Origin: Callorhinchus milii
Lineage: Eukaryota
NCBI RefSeq assembly: GCF_018977255.1
Contig: NW_024704742.1
Span: 82,400,001 to 82,464,000 of the forward strand
DNA length: 64,000 nt
Direction of reading: 5' to 3'
Under the pieces are notes generated by a model, which worked only from the letters and a program-made list of their open reading frames with translations, ran no database searches and was not told the origin of the DNA. Below are positions 13,139-23,668 of the stretch, in pieces (within the stretch, counting starts at the first letter, position 1; every line of letters starts with the position of its first letter). The translations under genes and the position numbers were made by a program.

Positions 13139-14767
13139 AACCGGCTTTGCAACATTGCAGACCTGAATGAACATTGTCCCATTGGTGAAAACTGAAGCAT
13201 TTTTCACCTTCCATAAAGCTTACAGTATATGTTTTATTGCAAGCAACTTTGGCGCTTGTCCCAACCCGTTACTTCTGTGCAGCATTTAACTGCATGTGAC
13301 AATATGTCAATTCAGCTGCCAGGCAGAGAGCATGGATTTAATAGTAACCAGTAGGTGGTGGTGCAGTAATTGAGTGTGAATTCAGTTTCCAGTGTGCAGT
13401 GCTTATCAAAGGCAAAGACTCTCCAGGCAATGGCAAGTTTGTAAAGTTGTGATGAAGGCATGCAGGGGTTTCCATAAACCAGATGAAATGTTTTGCTGGA
13501 GAACTTCACCTCCCCTCCGCCACATGAGAAGCCGGTTTTCTGTACCCAGAAAATGTACAATGACTATTTTGACAGCACGAGGATGTTGTTGCCTTGCCAT
13601 TCATATCAGTTTCAGCCCAAGAACTGAGATGTAAATAGAAATGCTGTATTGAAAGTATTAAAGTGCATTAAGCACCATGGTCCTAAAGCAGAATTTTCAG
13701 ATTTGTCTGTCCCAGGAACACAGCTTCCCTGAAAATTGCTTATGACTCAGTCACCCCTTTTATGCAGACACAGCCACCCAGTAAAATACAAAGGCCCACT
13801 CTATCTGCCTTCCTCACTACAAGTTTCAGTCTGTTAGAGAATTTCTAAATAATGTCAAAAGTAGTTTTGAATGAAACTACAGTATTTTACATCCAACCTT
13901 ATCATTGGGGCAGAAACACTCCCTGGGTGAATTGAACAACTTCCCCATTCGCCCGAATTCATTCAGTACTTTTACATTTCACACTCGCACATTGTAAAGT
14001 AAACATCCTGGAACACTGCACATATTAGGCTGAAAAATGTGATACGTCTGCATGTGATAATTATTGCATAAACATTTTGCATCCCAATAACATGCGACCT
14101 GTTACAGTTAGGGGATAGAGTCCAATTAGGTTCTCATGACTAAAAATTGAGAGCCTTGTAGTGAGTTTAGGTATATTATTAGCATGCTATTTTTTTCCCA
14201 ATTCCCATGGACAGAAGTCCAAAATTATTTTAATTTCATTAAATTAATATGTTTTGACTTTGTTTTGATTTGCTGTTCCGCACAGCCTTCTTCTGGGAGT
14301 TTTGCTCAATCTCCTGAGATGTTTCATCTGGCAGCTGCTTTCCTTGTTGGCCTCGTCCTCCTCAGCCTTCCTTCTCCACCTGGGCTGGCACGATTCCCCG
14401 CGGACATTCTCTTAAGGTGCACAGCTCAGTGGCTGTAATGCACTTCATGTGTGAAGCAAATCGGAGAACTGTGGTACCACTGGGAATGTCAAATGAACAC
14501 TATTTGAGCAGCGTAACCTACAGCTGTGTTAAGCAAAGGAAGCTCAACTAAAAGTAAATTGGCGGAAATTTGGGTGGGAAGGGGGAGGAAACTTAAAGGT
14601 GCAGGCCTGAAAGTGTTTTGTGCTAATGCACTGGCTATTTCATCTCTGGGACCCGAGTTTGATGTTTTTTCCTGTCGGAGGACATCTCAAAGCGCTTCAC
14701 AAGATACACAGTAAATTGTAGTGACTGTGTGTTTTGTAGGAGAAAACAAAGCGAATGTTATTGCAAT

Positions 14768-15050
14768 AATAATAACACATTTATATAATGCCTTCACGCA
14801 GACAGCGTCACAGAGCACTTAACAGCAGTGTGCCTAGATGCCAAGCTGGAAATTAGGGGAGGTGACCAAAGTAACGGTCAAAGAGCAAAGTCTTCAGGTG
14901 TGATTTGAAAATGGGCAGAGAGAGGGCAAGATGGAAGTATTGAGGCAAGGAGTTTCAGAGATTCAAGGCGTAGTAGTTGAAAGCATAGCCACCAACTGTG
15001 GAGCGGAGGGGACGAAGGACATTCAGGAGGCCAGCTGGCGAAGGTGCAGA
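14768..15050 (-). mobile_element. Old L2 3' fragment
   Basis: Decayed reverse complement of the L2 3' end, including the tail. Confidence 0.65.
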
Positions 15051-15254
15051 AACAGGAGTTTTACAGAAATAAATAATGTCATGCCAACAAGAGAGTTGAG
15101 ATGACTTTCACTTTGCATTGTTTTAGTCTCCCATCCCCTTAATTCTCTTTGGTTCAGTTGCCCACTCACACAGACATCTTGGGGGACTAGGATGCAAGTG
15201 TCGCGTCCTGTCTGTCTCCGGGTCAAAATGCTATTCATTCAGCTCCACCAGATG

Positions 15255-15475
15255 GCAAGACACAACAGCTGGGGCACACAGACCAGAAGCGACCTAGATT
15301 ACATCCCTCACTGTTTATGCTGTTAGCTGATCTGAGCATGGGTGTTGGAAGGATTATTACAATTAGACATGAGTTAGGGAGGAAACCAGACAGGCTCCTG
15401 CACCTAATCTCTTTCCTTGACTCTGCTGGAGTGTGTGTGTGAGCATGTTAGGTTACAGTCAGGCACTGTCACTGC
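15255..15475 (+). mobile_element. Ancient SINE-like repeat (AmnSINE2-like from memory)
   Basis: CACACAGACCAG...GTTAGCTGATCTGAGC...TACAATT...CTGCTGGAGTGTGTGTGTG; related copies at 20740-21090 and 61010-61345. Confidence 0.5.
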
Positions 15476-16112
15476 TTTTACATTAGTTTTGTATCAGATA
15501 TACATTCAAAATGGTGGTTGAGGCCAGGACATTAGGGTTAAAAAAAGTGTCTTGATGTTACAATTGGAGGACGGTAAGGTAGTATTCTGGAGGGAAGAGA
15601 TCAGATCTTCTTCATCAGAACCTATTTTGTGAAAATTAAAAAAAAACAAAAGGATTAAAACATTTAGGGTGGATCAAAGTTATAAAGTTTTCTTCTGCTG
15701 TGTGAACGTTTACTCCGACTGTCACATTAAGCGCTCTAAGACACTGCCCTGCGTGGAGGGCTCTATGTAAGTGCAAGTTGTTGTTGTTGATCTTTCAGTG
15801 TGTGTGTGGGTGCGGCGGGGTGGGGGGAGAGTGGGGAAGGAACTTGCAGCTGTTTCTGGATCTCAGCAAGCCTGCAAACTATCAACAGCATTTGCCACAG
15901 TTGAAAGTGGGACACGGGCAGAGGGCAATACATTCAAACCTGTGAAGAGGAACAGAGTTCTGCTGAATTTCAGGGAGTGTGGAGAGACTCTGAGGTTGGG
16001 TCATATAGACTTGTGTGAGGACGTTGATAGGAAGGGTGCTGCTCCTGTTCCAATTACCAGCTCAAGTGGTAGTGTTAGTGTTAGCAGAAGAGTTTGGAAT
16101 CTCAATCCTAAC

Positions 16113-16549
16113 AAGTATACTCACCCTCACCTACAAGGCCATTCACGGCCTTGCTCCCTCCTACCTCTCCGACCTACTATCCCCCTACCTACCTGCCCGT
16201 ATCCTCCGTTCCTCTGGCTCCGGTCTGCTCCACATCCCCCGCCCCAACCGCCCTACCATCGGTGGTCGGGTCTTCAGCATCTCAGCCCCGAGGCTCTGGA
16301 ACTCTATCCCCCAGTGCCTTCACCTTGCTTCCTCCCTTTCCTCCTTCAAGGCCAGTCTCAAGACCTTTCTCTTTGACCGTGCCTTCAGCTCCCCTCTCGA
16401 CTCTCTACCCCCTCCTCGCTCCCTCCCTTCCCTCCCCTCACCCTGACTATTTCCTCCTTGCTCGGGTCCTGACCCAACTGTACAGCGCCTTGGGACGTCC
16501 TCCCGGCATGAAAGGCGCTCAATAAATGGAATCTTGTTGTTGTTGTTGT
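16113..16549 (+). mobile_element. Young L2 3' fragment
   Basis: Close match to the 3' end of the 31-33.6 kb element (YKAIHGLAPSYLS...); (GTT)n tail. Confidence 0.95.
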
Positions 16550-17219
16550 GGGTATGTAATCCATACCAGAGTATTGCACTTAAGGCAGTCTTGCATTGCA
16601 GTGGCCTTTACCACTCTCCCTATATTATTTATCACAGTCCGGAAACCATTTACTGGAACGACAGTATTTCCACACAGTTAAAAATCCCTTCCTCATATTG
16701 TAGGTGACCCAGAGACCCAGATACAGTATCTCACATTTAATGATGCATAGTCTTTGCATGCACTGCTCTGCTTTAAAGAAGCAGCGGGGCATAAATATTA
16801 ATGTGTTTGAGGAATAAATTTATAACCTGTACGTGTTTTTCCCATGGTTATTTTTAACAAAAGTTCACTTAAAATCGATGTAAAAATTAATCCCATAGTC
16901 TCAGTCCAGTGAGTACCATTTTTCCGCTGCCCTTTGCACAAAAACAATAATAATGGCCTAGGATATACCATAGGAGAACAATGCAACATGATATTAGTAA
17001 GTCTTACATTTGATGTAGCACGTTGTCATTTTGAGATGCCTCGAAGCATTTCACAGAATTTTTCTGTAAATTGTAGTGACTGTGAATTTGTAGGTTTAGC
17101 ATTGTTGACCCACTTCAACCTGTTAGGAAATATGCAGCCTGTGTTTCATAAAGGTTATCCTTCAGGGCATATACACCTTGTGCCCCCAGCCTCAACCCAA
17201 CTTATTATCTCAGCCCTTT

Positions 17220-17774
17220 GTCCTGTAGCTCAGTGGTTGGAGAATTCACAAAATATTTCATCCACAAAACATGAAGTCAATTTACTTTACAGTATATTCT
17301 GTGAAAAGTTTTGCAACGTCACCTTCAAAGCTCTCCATGGCCTTGCTCCCCCCTACCTCTACGACCTCCTAAACCCCTACCAACCCACCCGCTCCCTCTG
17401 CTCAGCGGGCTCCAACCTGCTTCTCGTCCCCGCCACACCCATCCCATTATTGGCAGGTGGGCCTTCAGCCACTCTGCCCCCACCCTCTGGAACTCCATCC
17501 TGCAATGCCTCAGCCTCAGCCCCTCCCTCAACTCTTTCAAGACCCATCTCAAAACCCTCCTCTTCGGCCGTGTCTTCAGTCGCCCTCATTCCCCCCACTT
17601 ACCTCCACCCACTCTGATCCCGACCCCCAGCTCGGGTATGAGAAAATGGTTGTCCCAGCGCCTTGGGACATCCCACTGATGTTGAAGGCACTATACAAAT
17701 ATAATTTTTGTTGTTGTTGTTGTTGTCTCAGAAACGTGATAAGGCACTATATCAACTGCAAGGATTATTATTAT
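17220..17774 (+). mobile_element. Internally deleted tRNA SINE interrupted by L2
   Basis: Head GTCCTGTAGCTCAGTGGTT joined to the 3' body; the tail resumes at ~17726 after the L2. Confidence 0.75.
17321..17725 (+). mobile_element. L2 3' fragment nested in a SINE tail
   Basis: TFKALHGLAPPYLYDLL; (GTT)n tail; GTC on both sides. Confidence 0.92.
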
Positions 17775-18364
17775 TGTATATATCATGGTGCCCAGGAAAT
17801 CAAAGGTAGCAAAGTGCCTTGCGGGAACCATAAAATGATACCATGCAGTGACCGCACAAAATGTGATTCTGTATATAAAATAAAAATATTGGTACATTGT
17901 GCAGAAAAACAGGGCTATGGCTTCAGCTTTAGATTGACAGAGACAGTGGACAGGAAAGCACAAATTGGCACCCATCTGGGCAGTTTCCAAAGTAAGATAT
18001 TTCTTTAAAAATTAATTAGTAATCGGATCAAAAAAGTATCTTCATATAACAGGGATCAGTGTGAAATGGTGCCCAATTTTATGCTTCATAACTGATTTAT
18101 TATCTCAGAAATTGTGACTCAATTTAAAAAAACGATGCTTGTAAGAATATTTAAGTCCTGTCAAATTAAGAGTTGTGAAAGGGCAAGCTTTTGATGGTAT
18201 GCATTTGGAAGCCAGGAAGTCCTTTTTCATATGATGTATATACTTTAGAGGGTCATTATTGCCTCCGAAAATGTGTTAGGCAAGATTGAGTTGTCAATCT
18301 ATGAGGAACCAACTCAATAATGCAAACATAATGTACAGTCTCGATGGGGAAGGAGCAGAAGAAC

Positions 18365-18990
18365 CATAGGACCACAGAAATTTACAGCACAGAAGGCCAT
18401 TTGACCTGTTGTGTCTTTGTCAGCTCCTTCAAGATCAATCTTTTCAGTCCATTTTATCTGCCTTTTAACCATACTGACTCTATTTAAAATATTTATTTAA
18501 TAATAATAATAATCCTTGCATTTGATATAGAGCTTTTCATGTCTTCTCGACGTCTCAAAGCGCTTCACAGAATAGACTATAAAGTGAATTGACTGTATAT
18601 TTGTGTGGGAAATGCGGCAGCCAATTGCACACAGCAATGTCCCACAAACAGTCGTGGATTGAGTGACCAAATTATTATCATTTTTTTTTTTTTTTGGAGG
18701 GATTATTATTAGGCGTGTGGTGTAAGGAAACTTGCCCAAGGTTTCCCCCTGCCTGGAATTGAACCCAGGTGTCTCGCTTTCTAGGCGAGTGCTCTAACCA
18801 CTGAGCTACATGACTCCACTATTTAATTCTCTCTTGAAGGCCAATATAGGTTCTGCCTCAAATACTACTTGGTAGGACATTCCATATCCTAACCACTCTG
18901 TGTCCCAAAAAAAATCTCCCGACCCTCATTGGCTTGTTACTTATTATCTTAAATTGACTTTCCGACCAGTGGAAATAATTTTCCCCTAGC
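18365..18990 (-). mobile_element. CR1-type LINE 3' fragment interrupted by a SINE
   Basis: TTACAGCACAGAAGGCCATTTGACC matches the CR1 end at 55860; sequence continues after 18820. Confidence 0.6.
18501..18819 (-). mobile_element. tRNA SINE, short form, full length
   Basis: Complete head and tail; TATTTAAT on both flanks (18494, 18820). Confidence 0.95.
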
Positions 18991-19249
18991 CTGAGATCAG
19001 CATAGAAGATGGCACAAGCTCAAATCTTGATGGGCAGAATGACCACTTGCTGTGCTGCAAACTTTGATTCTATGACAGTACTAATAATCCTTACATTTGA
19101 TACAGCACCTTTCATGTCAGGAGGACCTCCCAAAGTGTTTCACAGGAGAGACTGTAAAATGCAGTGACAATTTGTGCACATCAATATCCCAAACAACTGC
19201 CAATCAATGTGAACTCCTCCACTGTGACCTCCACTCCCCAGAACACTCA

Positions 19250-19585
19250 CATAATAATAATTCTTGGTTTGATATAATGCCTTACCATGTCATTGAGACT
19301 CATCAAAGCGCTTCACAGGATTTTACTGAGTATTCATAGATGAATGCAGCATCCAAATTGTGCACATCAGTGTCCAACAATCAGCCATGAAGTGAATGAT
19401 CAATTTCATTTGCGGGACTGTTGAAATTCCCTTCTCCTTTTGAATAGTCCCATGGAACTTTAATATCCATCTGAACAGGTAAACAGGACCTCAGTTTAAT
19501 ATTTTATCCAAAGATGGCACTCAGATAATGCAGCACTCCACCACTATTTTGGAGTATCAGCCTGGACTGTAAATTCAAGATTACA
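19250..19585 (-). mobile_element. Deu-domain SINE (a second SINE 3' fragment precedes it at 19082-19210)
   Basis: CCATCTGAACAGGTAAACAGGACCTCAGTTTAAT...GATGGCAC...ATGCAGCACTCC, the reverse complement of a Deu-like domain. Confidence 0.72.
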
Positions 19586-20739
19586 ATTTAGTTTGGGTGT
19601 TTGCCTTTGTATTAGTGCAGCAATACCTGACAATACCTGACAATGGCACCCACATGTGCTATGTTCCAAGGAACATTTCTTGTGAGGAGTGTGGTTAAAT
19701 CGAATTTGGAATGCTAGATTGTTTTTCCTCAATGGGTTTTGATAAACCTACCACAATAAAAATCATTTTCAATTTGCTTGGCCAGCGGAACAGACATTGC
19801 ACATTTAGATAGTGAGCTAATAGCTATCCCATGATCCTGAATGCATTTCAGGGTTGAGCTTCATCTGTCAATTTGGCACCACATAAATAATTTGCTAATA
19901 CCCTGGTTACCCTGGTCCTGAAAACATGGGAGATGCTTTTTTCCCTTTAAAACCTGGGTTGGCGTGTGCACTGACACCTCGCTCTGCCCCAAGTCTGGAG
20001 TCTCAGTTGTACCCCGAGATTGGCATTGGTCCACCATAACCGAGCTGGGCACAAGCTATCCCTAATGTGCTCTGCAATCTGCCAACTAGTGCAGGTGTCT
20101 GCCCATCATCATTGTTCATTCATCTGTTCTGATGCAAAACCTCACTATTTGGATATGCTGGGAATGAGCTTCGATGAGCTTGCTTAAGTGAATTTATTGT
20201 GTGATTTCACATCGGAGGCATCAGAGTTCCACAGAGATATCTCAGAAGAAATAGCCTGTGCTACAGAAATGCAGATGTATCTATCCTCCTTGGAGTTAAA
20301 CAAAAACATGCATGAAAAAATTGATTATATATTGTGAAAACTGATATATTATTGTTAACTGATTCAGGGAATTATGTATAAATAGTTGTGCAATAATGTG
20401 CCTTGATTGGATTTCAAAGTAAAACTTTCTCCTTTTTTCTTCCGAGTCTGCTTGGATGCTGTGGATGAAAAGACGGCTGTAAATCATTCAAGTGAACATT
20501 TCAGCCTGTCCTGTCAAAAATTGCAGGGTAGTCTGAAGTGTTTACTATTTTACTTCATCGATTTCACTGCTGAGATTTAAAATTGAAAAGAGGACGGTTT
20601 GCTCTGGATGCTTCTTTTATACCATATCTAGAAATTGTACTTTTCTTTCCATCCACAGCACTTTTTTCTTTTTACTTTTTTTGTTATTGTTTCTCTCTCT
20701 CACTCTCGTCTCCAAATTTGAAGAGGTTGGATGTTTCTT

Positions 20740-21090
20740 TAAATCTCCCCTTTTGAAGGGAGAATAGTTTCACCTATGTCAGTTGTCTTCTGTTGCTTCA
20801 CCCCAGTAGCTATTATTCTTGTATGGGTCTCAACAGCATGTTATTCATTCAGCTGATGCTGTTCACACACACACAAATTCCAGCAGAGTTAACAATAGAA
20901 AGTGAACGGGAGACTGGTTTACTACTTGTTATCATCTCAATCAATCAGAGACACCGAGGTCAATTGTAGTTTGCACCTCAAATCTGAGATCAGCAACCAT
21001 ACTCAGCACAAGCCTGGGATTGAATATGATGCCTCCCGATCTATGTGACTTTGCCCTGCTCTGGACAGTACTCCAAACCACTAAGGCCAT
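20740..21090 (-). mobile_element. Ancient SINE-like repeat (same family as 15255)
   Basis: CACACACACAAATTCCAGCAG...CAATTGTAG...CTGAGATCAGC...ACTCAGCACA, ending in a tRNA-like head (CCACTAAGGCCA). Confidence 0.55.
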
Positions 21091-22659
21091 TTGAGCATGA
21101 CCTGGAGTGCCTGCCACAAACACGTTACATGGCAAAAGTGAAAAGGGTTCTTTGCTCAAGATTTTTAAATTATTGATGACCCAGCAAAAATGAATGCGAT
21201 AATAATAATTGAGTTCCAGTGCTGTGCTTCACATTTACCTTCTGTGTAGCAAAGCTGTCAGTCAGAGTGGTAAATTCAATGATGTATTGTGTAATTTACC
21301 AGTTGTACAGTGGGAACATTGCCAGTATAGTGTATAGTTATAGTAGTGTATAATATGTGGTCAAAACCAGCCAATAGTTATTACTGACTGGTGGGGGGAG
21401 GGGGAGGTCACATGGGTGGGTGGGAAATGGAGAGGACAGCAATAATTAATGATTGCCTTTGACCACATTTATGGTCGATGTGATATTTTCACCAATGACA
21501 TCAGAAGTTGGAGCTTCCATTCCCCCTCCCCCAGTACAGATCCAAATGGTGACGCAATGGTGTTTTTTTAACTAAATGTGTCCGTCACTGTAGTCCATTA
21601 TAAAGAATCCTGCTGTGGATCAGGGAATTTAAATGTTCAGCGTTATCAGTTATGAAACTGGGAACTATTATCAATTGTGATACCACAATTAATGGAGACA
21701 ACTATTTTAGGAAAAATCATGCACCAATAGTTACAGTGTACAGATTGTGTGTCCTGACATGTCCATATTGAAGTTCCAGTGATGTCTTGTAATGAAATAG
21801 GAAACGAGAGCTGAATTAAGCATGAGATGATAGCTAACTGCTTTGATCAGCTCAAGGTCTGCTCTTCCAGAACATAACCTGCTGGAGACTATATTGTATG
21901 CTGTATTAGTAGTCATTAGTAGAGGACTTGCTTACAGTGCTGCTTTCAGGCACTAACAGGATTCATAAAATAAGTAATGTTCTTGGAATGCAGCGTTCCG
22001 CTGGGGATTAGTAGCTGGTAATCAGAAAGCGTAAAATGTATAACCTCTGGCCTAATCTTGACTCGGGGACTTCCAGACGCCTGAAACAGAAAGAAATTAT
22101 CTTGTGATGTGTCAGCTCTCTGTGTTCCAATACAGTATCTATTCTCTCAGACTGCAGCTTCAATGCTGGAATGTTAGTGCTGCTAGTACCTGCACTGATA
22201 TTGCTTAACACTAAATTACAATGAGGAAACTGAAAACTGTAAGTTTAGTATTGCATACATTACTCCTTTTATATATAAATATTATTAATAGTTATTATAA
22301 TTGCATTTAAAATACAAGCAACACCACACCAAACCAGGAACAACTTGAAAGACTTGCTGTTCAGAATACACAAAGCTAAATTTGAAATCTTATTTTTATA
22401 TATGTTACTGCAGGTTAAATATCCCATCCTGTTGTTATAGATTATAGAAGCCCATCATGTTGTGTGTCTCTTCAGGCAGGCTATTTTAATAACGTTGATG
22501 TAGGGGGAGAGCTGCAGACACCATAAAAAGACTCCATTTATCCGAGAATCAGAGAATGTTACATTACAGGCTATTGGGCCTCACAAGACTTCACTGGTGT
22601 TGATATTCACATGAGCCATTTGATCTTCTCCCATTCTCCTACACTACTTAACCCCCTTA

Positions 22660-23668
22660 ACCAACCACTTTCACTTCATCTCGGCAAATGGTTTCTGCTC
22701 CCGCCCCGTCAGCTGTAGGGTACCCCAGGACTCCATCCTTGGCCTCATCTATATGCTCCTCTGGGCAATGTGATCCACAAACATGGGGCAAACTTCCACA
22801 TGTATGTGGATGACACACAAATCTACTTTACCTCCTCCAGCATTGACTCCAGGTTCATCAATGTTCTATGAGCTTATCTGACAGACATCAGTGTCTGGAT
22901 GAGTGCACATTTCCTGCAGCTGAATGTGGACAAGACGGAAACCATACGCTTTGGCTCCCATCAATGTCTTCACTCCTGTGGGTGTGAACACATCAACTTC
23001 CCTGAATTCTCCCTCAGATTCACCAAACCAGTGTGCAATCTAGGCATTCGGTTCGACCCCCAACTGTCCTTCCTTGCATGCATCTGCTCCCTGACCAGGA
23101 CCGCTTCCTCCATCTCCGCCACATTGCCTGCCTCCAACTATACCTTATCTAAATGCAGCTGAAACCCTTCTGCCTGCGTTTGTCCCCTCCCACCTGGATT
23201 ACTCAAACGCACTACTCACTGGTCTTCCCAGCTCCACTATTCAAAAAATCCAGCTCATTCAGAACTCTGCCACCCGCATCCTGACCCGGACCAAACTCTG
23301 TACCCACATCTCATCAGTTCTGACCAGGCTCCACTGGCTCCCTATTACCAAATGGATCGACTTCAAGATCCTCACACTCGTGTTCAAATCCGTTCACTCC
23401 CTGGCACCTCCCTACCTCTCCGACTTCCTCACTACCCAATCCACCACCTGGCACTTCCGCTCGACTGGCACCGGCCTCTTACTCATCCCTAACACCCTCC
23501 ACTCTATCATTGGAGGTCACACTTTCAGCCACAACGCCCCGAAACTGTGGAACATTCTCCCTCAAGCTCTCCCCTTTTTCAAGTTCACCACCTCCCCACC
23601 CCGGCTTCGTCACTGTTAAGCGCTCTGAGACGCTACCCTGCTATTTAAGTGCAAGTAGTAGTTATTGT
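22660..23668 (+). mobile_element. L2 LINE fragment (RT C-terminal half to 3' end), degenerate
   Basis: GVPQDSILG, FHMYVDDTQ, FLQLNVDKTE, LHWLP remnants. Confidence 0.93.

Noticed and set aside
16934..17617. 227-aa ORF
   Set aside because: It reads through unique DNA, a SINE and an L2 fragment, so it is a composite artefact.
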